Of a DNA stretch of 64,000 nt, positions 20,870 to 32,000 are shown one piece after another. The DNA is taken from assembly GCA_012813795.1 (NCBI GenBank), contig GCA_012813795.1_4087.1; one strand, given 5' to 3'. The position numbers and the translations under genes were made by a program. The stretch's first letter is position 1, and every line of letters begins with the position of its first letter. This stretch comes from a phage. Below the pieces are notes generated by a model, which searched no databases, was not told the DNA's origin, and worked only from the letters and a program-made list of their open reading frames with translations.

Positions 20870-22366
20870 ATGGCATACAGAATGTGGAAAAAAGGTAGAA
20901 CCAATGATTATAAATTCATAGATTCTGCCATTGCTGAACAATACAATATTGGTGGCGTAGACATGTGGCTTTATGCCTTTGTCGGTGCTAAACCATCAAC
21001 AACTCCTAACGACTATTCTTACGGTGGTGATTATATCACTGATGGTTCCGCTGCGTCAAGTATTGGTGACCTAATTTTTGGTGAAACCTCAAATCGTAGT
21101 TACAATCTAGAGGCTATCACACTTAGTTGTGTTTATCAAGTACAAGAAGCAACACCTGATTTAAAAATTCCTGGGTTGTTCTTTAACTTCAACACAATGG
21201 ACATTACAGTTCATTATAACACAATGATGCAGCGATTGGGAAGAAAAATTATGCCTGGTGATGTAATTGAACTTCCAAACCTTCGTGATTTCGATGTTGT
21301 TGGTAAAGATTCAGGTTTAAACCGTTTTTACGTAGTTCAGGACGGCTTTAGAACATCTGAAGGTTACTCTGCAACATGGCAACATCACATTTACAAAATT
21401 CGTGTCAAGCCTATTACCGATTCACCTGAGTACGCGGACTTACTTACTAATAATGATTATCCAGACAACCCAGATGACCCAAATAATGGTAATGGTAACA
21501 GTGGTTCTAATGGTTCTTCACCAAACAGCAGTTATGATAACGAAATGGATATCATGAACCGTATTATAATGCAAGCTGATGATGAAGTCCCTTATATCCA
21601 CTTCACAAATGAACATATATACGATGATAGACCAGATACAACCGATTTGTCAAAGTTTGTTCTTAATGGATATGACTTCCCAGAAGAACCAGCTAACAAA
21701 ATGTACTTCTTGAAGAAAACTTTACCAGTACTGAAAGAGAAAGTCAACAATTCATGGGAAAATGTTTCAGTACCATATGGAACAACGTTTCCACGTAAAC
21801 CATCTGATGGTGATTTCTTCTATAAAGAGAATGATTCAGATGTTACGGGATATTCCCTGTATCAATATGACAAATCTGTCAAAAAGTGGCTCAATTGTGA
21901 TGTAGAATACTCAACAGGTGATGTTCCACCTAAAAATGCTGAAGATTTTTACATTCAATATGAAAAACCAACAATGTACCAGTACTTAGATGGTACATGG
22001 CAAGTTCCACCAGATACACATGTTAACTTACCTTTCAGTTCTAACAGTGTATATGGTAACATAGACTCGCAACAAGATTCAAGACCTAAAATTCCACCTG
22101 CTCGCGGCACTGTGCAAGAAGGGGACACGTTCCCATCTGATCCTACTGATGGTGAATACTTCTATCGCACGGATTACAACCCTGTAACTCTTTGGGAATA
22201 CAGTGAAGTTAAAAAGTCTTGGGTAATCTTTGATTATGGTGGACGTAAACCGTGGGAAGGTGCTGATTTGGCCCTAACCGAGTTCGTTAACAGTCCTAAT
22301 CGTGTCCCATTACACGACGCGGCAAAACCAAACACTCTATACCGTGCAAAAGGGGATAAAGAATGA
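20870..22366 (+). CDS. putative tail fiber-associated protein with two tail-fibre-repeat-like modules
   Basis: ORF track start 20858 is TTG; ATG 20870 has a GGAG RBS. Two internal repeats (TFPRKPSDGDFFYKENDSD...KKW and TFPSDPTDGEYFYRTDYNP...KKSW) resemble the phage tail fibre repeat family. Confidence 0.5.
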   Translation: MAYRMWKKGRTNDYKFIDSAIAEQYNIGGVDMWLYAFVGAKPSTTPNDYSYGGDYITDGSAASSIGDLIFGETSNRSYNLEAITLSCVYQVQEATPDLKIPGLFFNFNTMDITVHYNTMMQRLGRKIMPGDVIELPNLRDFDVVGKDSGLNRFYVVQDGFRTSEGYSATWQHHIYKIRVKPITDSPEYADLLTNNDYPDNPDDPNNGNGNSGSNGSSPNSSYDNEMDIMNRIIMQADDEVPYIHFTNEHIYDDRPDTTDLSKFVLNGYDFPEEPANKMYFLKKTLPVLKEKVNNSWENVSVPYGTTFPRKPSDGDFFYKENDSDVTGYSLYQYDKSVKKWLNCDVEYSTGDVPPKNAEDFYIQYEKPTMYQYLDGTWQVPPDTHVNLPFSSNSVYGNIDSQQDSRPKIPPARGTVQEGDTFPSDPTDGEYFYRTDYNPVTLWEYSEVKKSWVIFDYGGRKPWEGADLALTEFVNSPNRVPLHDAAKPNTLYRAKGDKE

Positions 22367-23706
22367 AAGTAGAATACTACTATGATGGTCAATTTCGTCG
22401 AGTACTGAAACATCTTATCAGGATCTTTGGTGGATTTCAAGTACAAAATGGTGTTGATGACGAAGGTAAACCAAGATATAAACAAGTTCCATGCAGATAT
22501 GCAGATATTTCACGTTTAGCAGCAGCAGTTATTAATGGTAATAGTGAAAACGTAATGCCAACTGCTCCTATTATGACTATTAGTGTGAATCAATTGAAAT
22601 TGGATCGTAAAAGTATCCGTTCAAATGCGAACGAAACTATTATTATGGGGACAAATAAGTCCCCTGCACCAAATGAATTCACTCCTGAGTTGGATAAGCA
22701 GTATAAAATAACAAGACATAACCCTGTCCCTTGGACATTTACATTTGATTTAAACATATGGGTTACACAACTGCAAACAAAAATGGAATTATATGAGCAA
22801 ATCAGTACATTGTTTGCTCCAAGTGTTCAATTGCAACTATCTGATAACCCATTAGACTGGACGGCACAAAGTGATGTAGAATTAATTGACTGTCAATTCA
22901 GTACTCGTGGATTTCCACAAGGAACTGATACTGAACTTGATATTATGGTTCTTACATTTGAAACAACTATATGGTTATCATTACCTGCTATCGTTGAAAA
23001 GCCAAAGCTTATACAACAGATAACAACTAATATAGAAAGTGGTCGTGATGAATTGGATTTTGAAATAGGAAACTATCAGGATATAATTACTGATGTATTC
23101 ACTCCTAAAAATTTATGCATCAAAGTTGAAGAAATAACAGAAGCATCGGATAAAAACGCAGATACTTATGTCCTTACATTGGTAAGTCAAAGTATGAGTG
23201 AGAGAACATCCAACGGTGGTATATATTCTTGGGAGAAATATATTCAGTACTTAGAGCCTGAATACAAAGATAAGAAACTCGGTATTAAATTCCAACAAGC
23301 AATCGAAGAAAGTAATCCTTTGCGTGGAACTATAATATCAATGGGACACGAAGATAAGGCAAACAAGATTGTTGTTCAATTGGATAGTAGTAATTATGTT
23401 GTTGATTACTCAATCATAGCGTTGATATCCAAAGATGCAGAATTGTATTCAGCTATACCTGAACAATATTATGTAAATAATAGTGCAAGAGATTTAATTT
23501 ACAAAGACACAGTTATTCCACCAAATTATTTGTTCAAAATAACAAATGAAGGTGCTGAACTAATTGAACCGTCTTCAGTACTTAATTATGTTTACAATCG
23601 TCAAGACAGTCACTATTATAGATACAATGAAAAATTCAAATGGCATAAGAGTATTATGTCGCAATACCGTCAGGGATATTGGAAGATATCATTCACTGAC
23701 AAATAA
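22363..23706 (+). CDS. hypothetical protein, probably virion-associated
   Basis: 447 aa ORF, ATGA start/stop overlap with the upstream gene (translational coupling); no recognisable motif. Confidence 0.45.
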   Translation: MKVEYYYDGQFRRVLKHLIRIFGGFQVQNGVDDEGKPRYKQVPCRYADISRLAAAVINGNSENVMPTAPIMTISVNQLKLDRKSIRSNANETIIMGTNKSPAPNEFTPELDKQYKITRHNPVPWTFTFDLNIWVTQLQTKMELYEQISTLFAPSVQLQLSDNPLDWTAQSDVELIDCQFSTRGFPQGTDTELDIMVLTFETTIWLSLPAIVEKPKLIQQITTNIESGRDELDFEIGNYQDIITDVFTPKNLCIKVEEITEASDKNADTYVLTLVSQSMSERTSNGGIYSWEKYIQYLEPEYKDKKLGIKFQQAIEESNPLRGTIISMGHEDKANKIVVQLDSSNYVVDYSIIALISKDAELYSAIPEQYYVNNSARDLIYKDTVIPPNYLFKITNEGAELIEPSSVLNYVYNRQDSHYYRYNEKFKWHKSIMSQYRQGYWKISFTDK

Positions 23707-23715
23707 GGAGGATGT

Positions 23716-24180
23716 ATGAATGAGGCAGTAGGAGCAATATTTTTATCTAAAAGTACTGGTCATATGATGCTCAATCTTAGATCTGAAAGCAGTACCTATT
23801 CAAACAACTGGGCTTTTGTTGGTGGAAAACTCGAATACAACGAATCCCCTTTGCAAGCTTTACATCGTGAAATACGAGAAGAATTGGGAGATTCGTTACC
23901 TGATATAATTGATATTATACCCTTTGATGTATTTTGTACAAAGAATGGTAAGTTCAAATATTATTCTTTCGTTGTTGTTGTTGAAAATGAGTTTGTTCCT
24001 ATTCTCAATAAGGAAAGCTCTGGATATGCTTGGGTTAAAATTGGCTCATGGCCTAAACCACTACACCCTGGAGCTAAAAACACTTTATTAAATGTTAATT
24101 TGATGAAAGATTTTTATTCTTTGTGGGAAAGTATAAACGCTGGTACGCAATTTGTCAACAGCCTACCATATAGATATTAA
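23716..24180 (+). CDS. Nudix hydrolase
   Basis: Canonical Nudix box GGKLEYNESPLQALHREIREELG (G-x5-E-x7-REUxEExGU); RBS AAGGAGGA upstream; followed by a bidirectional terminator. Confidence 0.8.
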   Translation: MNEAVGAIFLSKSTGHMMLNLRSESSTYSNNWAFVGGKLEYNESPLQALHREIREELGDSLPDIIDIIPFDVFCTKNGKFKYYSFVVVVENEFVPILNKESSGYAWVKIGSWPKPLHPGAKNTLLNVNLMKDFYSLWESINAGTQFVNSLPYRY

Positions 24181-24200
24181 AAAAAGGAGCCAATGGCTCC
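24170..24200. terminator. bidirectional rho-independent terminator
   Basis: AAAAAA GGAGCC-AAT-GGCTCC TTTTTCTTTT between convergent Nudix (+) and minus-strand genes; same hairpin family as 18441-18476. Confidence 0.8.
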
Positions 24201-24213
24201 TTTTTCTTTTGTA

Positions 24214-25311
24214 TTACACACCAATGATTGGAATACCAGTAATGTTAAGAAGTACTGAAGCCTGAAGCTTAACACTTTGCCCAGTTCCTAAACCAGATAT
24301 TGAACCATCTATACGGAAACCTAAATGTTTACCAGTATTAAGGGAATTTATAACCCATGCTTCATAATCTGTTTTTGTCATTCCACCGGGATTTGGAATT
24401 GTAGGATCTACTCCATTAACTACCATATTAACATCCCATGTAGGTTGTGAACTGGTAATAACATCTTTAATAACTTCTAAACTTGTAATTCGACGTGGGT
24501 CTGGAATCTCACTACATGGTATAGAACCTGGCACAAAAGCACCTTCGTTGTCAATGTAGAATTGACCTTTGATGATAAATGTCTTGGAGTTGAATGGCAA
24601 TGAAACAACTTCACCAGTACTATCCTGTACTTCGCGAATCATAATTTTCAAATCATAGAAATAGTTACTTCCGAATTGGAAAACACCATTACCATTACTA
24701 AAGGATGTCCAGTTATCTGGATCTACCTTAGAACCACCACCTAAGTTGAAATATGCAAGTGTCTTAGTACTTTCAGTTTGGGTAAATTCAATATATTTCT
24801 TACCTAAATCATAGTTTATATCCAAAAGTGATGAATATTCTTTGTTTTCAGGACGAGATGTTTGAATTTCACGCCATTCTTTATTTTTCATCAAAACACG
24901 GAGTGAATCGCCGTTATTTGTCAAAACCATACGACCCATCACACTACTTTCACCATCAGGAATGGTGTTGAATATAGTGATCATTGGAATTGATGCCCAA
25001 TCTGACTCTGATGCAGTATCTATCGGTTGGCGTGCGTTATCTACTAGAGAAATAAGTAGTTCACCAATGTTACCAGTGTTTTTATACCAAATTTGTCCCT
25101 TAACACTACCACGAGGTGCAGATGGCCCACTAAAATGCTCAACTAAGTGTAGGAAGTTCTCGTTCCATGCCTGACCATAACCAACTTTATTACGACCAAC
25201 TAAGTTAATTGGGACTGGGTTGGTCCCTGGTTGATTAGGACCAAGGATGACGTTGTTTGGAATGGAAGCATAAATGCTCCCATCACTGCGATATATAGTA
25301 TAATTATTCAT
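24214..25311 (-). CDS. hypothetical protein (possibly fiber/baseplate-associated)
   Basis: 365 aa ORF on the opposite strand inside the fiber region; tight spacing with the next two minus-strand ORFs. Confidence 0.45.
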   Translation of the reverse strand: MNNYTIYRSDGSIYASIPNNVILGPNQPGTNPVPINLVGRNKVGYGQAWNENFLHLVEHFSGPSAPRGSVKGQIWYKNTGNIGELLISLVDNARQPIDTASESDWASIPMITIFNTIPDGESSVMGRMVLTNNGDSLRVLMKNKEWREIQTSRPENKEYSSLLDINYDLGKKYIEFTQTESTKTLAYFNLGGGSKVDPDNWTSFSNGNGVFQFGSNYFYDLKIMIREVQDSTGEVVSLPFNSKTFIIKGQFYIDNEGAFVPGSIPCSEIPDPRRITSLEVIKDVITSSQPTWDVNMVVNGVDPTIPNPGGMTKTDYEAWVINSLNTGKHLGFRIDGSISGLGTGQSVKLQASVLLNITGIPIIGV

Positions 25312-25321
25312 TTACCACTCC

Positions 25322-25936
25322 TTACTGTAGTTGTACACGAACAGTATATTTTATTTGTAAAACACGATTCGCACTTTTCTCTACTGGGTGGAAAATAATA
25401 TGAGATAACGGCATACCATTATCACCATCAGTATATAAACCCAATTCATCAAATACGTAAGTACCATCCATATTAGTACTGGAACTTGTATTCTGATCAA
25501 CTGGTTCACCTAGACCTAAAGTGCAAATACAGACGATATCGGTATATGCTTGGCCTGGAATGTGAACAGTTGTGATGTTATTATACTGTGAATCAATACT
25601 ACTTGAGATTCTAGGGTTTATTTTCTTCAAATATGTTTGTGAATATAGACCACCAAATGAGGTTACACGTGGTTTTTTATATGTTACACGACCAGTACTT
25701 AATACAACAGTACCACCGTTACCAAAACGCATTTCTGATATTGACCCAACTGGGATACCGGAACTATCTTGGTTGTATGCTAGTGCGTTAGCAATTGCAG
25801 TACTCATGTTTTCTGGGTGAATTGCGTTCGATTTATCGAGTACAATTTTTTCATTCGCAGGATCAGTAACGTCAGTAATTAGTACATGACCCTTAACGAA
25901 CAGTTTTGGTTGTTCTGTTTCTAATTTCATTTCCAA
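25322..25936 (-). CDS. hypothetical protein
   Basis: 204 aa ORF, 10 nt from the downstream gene; no motif recognised. Confidence 0.45.
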   Translation of the reverse strand: MEMKLETEQPKLFVKGHVLITDVTDPANEKIVLDKSNAIHPENMSTAIANALAYNQDSSGIPVGSISEMRFGNGGTVVLSTGRVTYKKPRVTSFGGLYSQTYLKKINPRISSSIDSQYNNITTVHIPGQAYTDIVCICTLGLGEPVDQNTSSSTNMDGTYVFDELGLYTDGDNGMPLSHIIFHPVEKSANRVLQIKYTVRVQLQ

Positions 25937-25939
25937 TCC

Positions 25940-26437
25940 TTAAAAGTTTATTAAAATTTCTTCAATTTTTCCAGCCATACTCTTTTGAACATCTGATGGA
26001 TTCTGACTGATGTAATTACGGTCAATACCAACTTTCAAATATGTAAAATTGCCTGTTAGCGTCTCTGCAAATGTCCCAGTTGTACCATGCTCAAGCATAC
26101 TATCACCATTATTTGGATTGTATATTCTGGTATCAGTAAATTCCAGATAATAATTACATGATTCTGTAAATTTAATTGGGAACCAATCATCATCGGTTGG
26201 ATTACTAGCTAATGTTGCCAAAACATAAATTCGTCCAATAAATTCACGTAATGTGAAGGAAATTGTATGTAGACCTGTAGTACTACCATAGTAACCACCA
26301 CTTGCCATTGGTAATGTCACTTCGTTCCAGTGATAATCGTCATTTGATGGATACCAACTATCAGAATCTGGAAAATCCTGAATAGCTCCATCTTTTCCTT
26401 TGCGTTTGAAAAGAAAATTCTTTGATCTTAAAGCCAT
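25940..26437 (-). CDS. hypothetical protein
   Basis: 165 aa ORF; AAGGG RBS; AATAAATA late-promoter-like box upstream on the minus strand. Confidence 0.45.
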   Translation of the reverse strand: MALRSKNFLFKRKGKDGAIQDFPDSDSWYPSNDDYHWNEVTLPMASGGYYGSTTGLHTISFTLREFIGRIYVLATLASNPTDDDWFPIKFTESCNYYLEFTDTRIYNPNNGDSMLEHGTTGTFAETLTGNFTYLKVGIDRNYISQNPSDVQKSMAGKIEEILINF

Positions 26438-26503
26438 TGTTAAGCCCTTTTGTGTAGTGAACTTTCATTTATTTATTATTGGTCTTCGTTGCTGCATTGA
26501 ACA

Positions 26504-26511
26504 GATAAATA
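26504..26511 (+). promoter_or_regulatory. late-promoter-like box GATAAATA
   Basis: About 35 nt upstream of the ATG at 26547 in a divergent intergenic region; minus strand carries AATAAATA at 26470-26477. Confidence 0.4.
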
Positions 26512-26546
26512 TTCCTATATGATAACAATTCATAAAGGGAATAATT

Positions 26547-27674
26547 ATGACAATTTCATTCAACAATGGGTCTGGCGGTTCATGTAACAATTCTGGTATT
26601 AAGAGTTTAGTAATTAACTCTGCTGGTCATTTGATTGTAACATTCGCTGATAATACAATACAAGATTTGGGTCTAGTCGTTGGACATGACGGTACTAATG
26701 GTAAAAATTTCTATCCTGATGATGTTGGTATGGAAATACCAGACGGTACATTTGCAGTTGATAAACCAGAAGGTTGGTGTTATTTAAGTCTAGCAAATGG
26801 AACTGCAAAACTATATTTTAAAACAAATGATGCTGGTGTAGAACCAAGTACTTGGAACACAGTAGAATTTGGTAAAGGTGATACTGGTGCACCAGGTAAA
26901 TCATTTAAAATTGATTCTTCTGGTCCTGTTTTTCCAACCACTGGTCTATTTGACCAATATACTTTCTATAATACTTCCGATGGTAAAGTGTATTTTTATA
27001 ATCAAAAAGCTGGTTCATGGAGTAATGGTATTGATTTCCGTGGTGAACAAGGTCCACGTGGTCGTTTCCATATTGACAGTGACGGTCCTGCTTTCCCAAG
27101 TATTGATAACTTACCAGAAGATTATTGCTTTTATAACACGACTGATGGAAAACTATATTACGTAGATATTAATAAGCAAACCACCCCTCCAACAAAAGAA
27201 TGGAGTGAAGGTATTGAGTTCCGTGGTAAAGATGGTGAACCTGGTCCAGAAGGTAAGCAAGGTGATACGGGTCAGAATGGTAAAGATTCAATTATCGTTG
27301 TAAACACGATTGATCATTCATGGACCAACGCAGTATTGGTAATCGGTACATGCCCAGCAGGTTATGTAGTAACTAATATTGAAGTTGATATCACCCAAGC
27401 TTATATTGACCCTGTAACTGAAATGCACATTCGTGTAGGTGGGGAAGCACAAGAAGATATCGGCGGTACTATTATTGCACCAGTTGATTATTTTGATATC
27501 AACCGTGCACTACGCTTTATCGTTAATGAAACAAACCATGAACCGTCAGCAGAAGATGAAATCATTGCTTGTGTTTTTAATGAATCAGTTAATAACAGTA
27601 ATTATGGTCAAATGAAAGTAATTTGTACTCTAGCATGGCAAGCACCAATCCAACCAATTGAAAACAACATCTAA
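26547..27674 (+). CDS. tail fiber-like protein with short collagen-like G-X-Y triplet runs and duplicated tail-fibre-repeat modules
   Basis: GKGDTGAPGK, GEQGPRG, GKDGEPGPEGKQGDTGQNGKD; two similar modules (SGPVFPT...FYNTSDGKVYFY...W and DGPAFPS...FYNTTDGKLYY...W); GATAAATA box at 26504-26511, RBS AAAGGGA. Confidence 0.6.
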   Translation: MTISFNNGSGGSCNNSGIKSLVINSAGHLIVTFADNTIQDLGLVVGHDGTNGKNFYPDDVGMEIPDGTFAVDKPEGWCYLSLANGTAKLYFKTNDAGVEPSTWNTVEFGKGDTGAPGKSFKIDSSGPVFPTTGLFDQYTFYNTSDGKVYFYNQKAGSWSNGIDFRGEQGPRGRFHIDSDGPAFPSIDNLPEDYCFYNTTDGKLYYVDINKQTTPPTKEWSEGIEFRGKDGEPGPEGKQGDTGQNGKDSIIVVNTIDHSWTNAVLVIGTCPAGYVVTNIEVDITQAYIDPVTEMHIRVGGEAQEDIGGTIIAPVDYFDINRALRFIVNETNHEPSAEDEIIACVFNESVNNSNYGQMKVICTLAWQAPIQPIENNI

Positions 27675-27687
27675 GGGGGATTGATTA

Positions 27688-28056
27688 ATGGCAGTTTTTT
27701 CTAACTTTGAAGGGACAATTTTACACAAACAATCTGGGGGTAAATATGTAGTAACAGTAGCTGGTGCATTCGTAGGAAAATATGAACAGCTTAAAGCAGC
27801 AGTAGTTGGTGCTAAAACTATTAGAACACATAACACTGCATGGGGTACAAACCAATATGCTAAAGCAGCAGGTACAAGAATTGTAATTCCTGGTGCTGGT
27901 GAAAATGGAACTGATCTCCACACTCATATAACACGAGCTACATACGTGGTCAACTCGGTATTTTGCATTGATATAGCAGACGAAATAAAAACTGCTTTCC
28001 CTGATGAGACTCCATTGTTAGCCGAATCCCCAATTACATACATTACACTTCCATAA
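27688..28056 (+). CDS. hypothetical protein sharing an N-terminal decapeptide with the next gene
   Basis: 122 aa; begins MAVFSNFEGT, next gene begins MAVFSNLEGT; RBS AAGGGGGA. Confidence 0.5.
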   Translation: MAVFSNFEGTILHKQSGGKYVVTVAGAFVGKYEQLKAAVVGAKTIRTHNTAWGTNQYAKAAGTRIVIPGAGENGTDLHTHITRATYVVNSVFCIDIADEIKTAFPDETPLLAESPITYITLP

Positions 28057-28073
28057 TAAGGAGATATTTCAAA

Positions 28074-28976
28074 ATGGCAGTTTTTTCTAATTTAGAAGGA
28101 ACTTTGAAGAAGAAATTTATTCTAGGTAAAAATGGTGCACAATTCACGACAAATGGTGATATTGTGCAAATCCAAGATTATTCTGGAACAAGACTTCTTC
28201 CAGTTTCTGCTGGTGACCCAACCGCAAACACACACCTAGTAACCTTAGCATATTTTAATGCTCATGGTGGTAGTGGTGCAAGTGGTATTTTGCGTGGTGA
28301 TATCGCTCCTGCTGATACACTAGGAACTGATGGTGATGTTTATTTTATGGTTGATGCAACCAACATCGTTCAAATATATATTAAAGACCTTGGGATTTGG
28401 AAACCATTTAATGGTGGTGGTCCAGTAACCGATAGTCCTTATGTAACTTCATTCTCGGTCCCTGTTGCAGCATTTGTTCTTATTCCTGGAACAGTCGATG
28501 AATATACATATACCATTCCTGAATCACAACATGACCGTGGTCGTGACATTTTAGTTCAAATGGAAGATACACCAACAGACGGTAATCCAAATATTCGTAG
28601 TGTGGTTAATTCCGAAATTACATTGTCTGGATTTGGGGATATTACAATTAAAATGCTTGGCCTCCCAGATGGTATTACTGAGGTTAAAGTTAATATTATA
28701 GGAGCAACCGCTATGACTACCCCATACGGAAAATTGATTAACAAAGCAGACTGGATTGCTGCTGCTGATAAATTCACTTACACTGTCACTGCTGATACAC
28801 ATAAACAAAGTCCTGATTCTTTGTACGTGGCAATCTATGGTAATGATGTACCTGGTTCAACAGCATCTGCACCGTTTGATTTGGTATTCGTTGATACACA
28901 AATTGATACAGATGGTAATGTTACTTTTGTATCTGATGAACAATTCAGTGGTAAGATTGTTATCGCTGGGAAATAA
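28074..28976 (+). CDS. putative tail fiber / receptor-binding protein
   Basis: 300 aa; N-terminus MAVFSNLEGT shared with the preceding ORF; RBS AAGGAGA; followed by a hairpin terminator. Confidence 0.5.
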   Translation: MAVFSNLEGTLKKKFILGKNGAQFTTNGDIVQIQDYSGTRLLPVSAGDPTANTHLVTLAYFNAHGGSGASGILRGDIAPADTLGTDGDVYFMVDATNIVQIYIKDLGIWKPFNGGGPVTDSPYVTSFSVPVAAFVLIPGTVDEYTYTIPESQHDRGRDILVQMEDTPTDGNPNIRSVVNSEITLSGFGDITIKMLGLPDGITEVKVNIIGATAMTTPYGKLINKADWIAAADKFTYTVTADTHKQSPDSLYVAIYGNDVPGSTASAPFDLVFVDTQIDTDGNVTFVSDEQFSGKIVIAGK

Positions 28977-28983
28977 GATTTAT

Positions 28984-29015
28984 GCCAGGTATGGTGTCTT
29001 AGTGCCTGGCTTTTT
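28984..29015 (+). terminator. hairpin terminator (large loop)
   Basis: GCCAGG ... CCTGGC stem followed by TTTTT. Confidence 0.45.
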
Positions 29016-29090
29016 CATATATACAAATAAATAATTACATATTAACACAGTTAATAAGTATTTTAATTTTACCCAAATGGAGGGAAATGA

Positions 29091-32000
29091 ATGTACTCGA
29101 TAAAAACAGATCTAGCAGTAACTGGTAATACTAATGTTGGTAAAGAATTATCAGTTAAAGGTAATGCGGTCTTCGATAAAAACGTAACCATTAAGGGGAC
29201 CGTTAGTTTCGCTGATGCTACCTTCACTGCAATTACAGTAGATCAAGCAACAATCAACACAACACTCGATGTTACAGGCAAAGCGTCACTGAAGGGTGGA
29301 ATGGATGTACTTGGTAATACAGTTATTGGTAATACTACTGCTGGTTCCGATACAGCAACTATTAATTCCAATGCTACTTTTAATGGCACTTCTACTTTTG
29401 CCAAAGATATTACACAAACATCAGGAAAAGCAATTTTTCAAGATACCACCACTTCTGCATTAGAAGTTAATGGTACAACAACATTAAATGGTAACCTCAC
29501 TGCTGCGGCAGCAACCACTGCAAGCTTTGATAAATTAACAGCTAATGAAGCAACCATTGCAACTGTATCAGCAACTGATATTACTGCAACTGGTGCAACC
29601 GTTGAGAATCTAACTGTAACTGGTAAATTAGATGGTGATTTCACACTAGGTGATGTAAACACTGACAATTTAGTTGTTAATAAATTATCAACACTAAAAG
29701 GTGCAGTAACTCTAGAATCAAACATCATTGGTACTAATTCCGTAGCCAACCTTAAAGCTGTATCTTTAGGTTCTAACGCTGCGGATACAACTACCCGTGT
29801 TGGTTTTGCATATACAGCACCAGGTCTACGCCCAACTGTAATTCTACAAAACGAAGTGCAGTCCGAGTTAATGACCCCAGCAAATCTAACAGTACTTAAA
29901 ACTGCTACATTTGGTGATGTATCAGCAGCAACCAATGGTATTACCGCAAAAGGCTTGAACTTATTTGATTACCTAACTCTTTCTGGTAACTCAATTCAAG
30001 ATCCAAATACACCTATTCTACGTGTAACTAAAGGTAAAACACAATTAACTGACCTACAAGTTGATGGAACTACTAATATTACTGGTAAAACTACTGTTGG
30101 TGATTTGGATATTACTGGAACACTATCAGGTAACTTTGTACTAAGTGATATTACTGCGGATAATTTAGTTGTTGAAAAACTAACTACACTAAAAGGTGCA
30201 TTAAACCTAGAATCTAATATTGTTGGTTCAACTGCGAATGCTAATTTAAAATCTGTCACTTTAGGTGGAAACGTAGCAGACACGAATGCTAAAGTTAACT
30301 TTACATATACTGCTCCTGGTTTACGTCCAACTGTAATTCTACAAAACGAAGTACAGTCCGAATTAATGACCCCAGCAAATCTAACAGTACTTAAAACTGC
30401 TACATTTGGTGATGTATCTGCATCTACCTACGGTATTACAGCAAAAGGTTTGAACCTATTTGATTATTTGAAAATAACTGGTAATGCGGTACAAGATCCG
30501 AATACCTTAACTCTCGATGTTGGTGGTAAAGCACAATTCAAAGACGTTAATTTCACTGGTACAGTTACTGGTTTTGTTCCAGACATTTCTGGTCAAGATA
30601 TTACACCTAAAGATGTTATTGCTTCTGGTAATATTAGTGGTGTTAATCTAGATGCTTCTGGTACACTAACAGTTGGTGGGGATTCCGTTCTAAAAGGCAC
30701 AACTATAACTGATTTGACTGTTACTGGAACTACAACTGGTATTACACTAGCTGGTCAAGACATTACTCCTAAAGATGTAACTGCATCTGGTAATGTTAAA
30801 GGTGTTGACGTAACTGCATCTGGAAACCTAAAAGTTAACGGTACTACCACATTGGCTGGTAACACGGTAGTTGATGGTTTATTTGAAGTTGTTGGTCAAA
30901 CAACCACTGTTAAAGATTTAAACGTTACTGGTACACTATCTGGTGCTGCAATTAAAGCAAACGTTGATGGTCTAGACATTCTACCTAATTCTGTAACCAC
31001 AACTGAAGAAGTTGCAGTGGGGACTAATCTAAGTGTTGGTGGAAACGCACTCTTTAGTGGCTTGAAAGTTGAAGTTACTGGTAAAGTTACTGGTGTTGGT
31101 TCTGATGCATTAGAAACTGGTTCAATTGAATCTGACGGTACTATCACTGCCCCAAATATCACAGCAACTACTAAAGTGACCGCAGCTTCCGCACAAATTA
31201 CCGGAACCGGAACTGGTCTAAGTGTAGATCATAATGCATCAGTTGGTGGTGATTTGAATGTTACTGGAACTTTAACTGCTGGCGTTATTGACCTACACGA
31301 TGCAGAAGTAACTGTTAAAAAACTTAATGTATCTGAAAGTGCACATGTTGGTGGTGACCTAACAGTTGACGGTACAGTTGACCTAAGTGCAGCTATTGTA
31401 ACTGTTAAATCTCTAACTAGTACTGGTCCAGTAATTAGTAAGGATACTACTGGAACTAACATTTTACCAAAATTACAAAGTACTGATATTACTACAACTA
31501 ACAGTACAACTGGTACAGCAACAGTAACTACAGCAAATATTTCTACATTAAATGTTACTGGTGAAAGTACATTGGCTGCTGTTTCTGCTGTTTCTGTTAC
31601 CACTCCTACTATTGTGAATACCGATGGTATTAATTTAGAAAATGACACAATTGCACATGGTAACCTAACTGTTAAAGGTACATTTACCCCTGAAGGTGGA
31701 TTAGATTTAAGCCCAGTTGATATCAGTTCTAAATCATTAACAACAACTGAAGGTGCAACCATTGGTGGAAGCTTAACTGTTGATGGTGCAATTAATGCTG
31801 CTGCGGCAGATCTAACTGTTAAATCACTAACATCTTCTGGTGTTATCACTGTTACTGAAAATACTGAACCAAGTATTCTACCAAAACTAACAAGTACTGA
31901 AGCAACCGCTGGTAAATTGAATGTTACTGGTGATGCAACAGTCGGTGGTAAAGCGACCGTTTCTGGTGCACTTGAAGTTACTGGTGCTTCAACATTTGGT

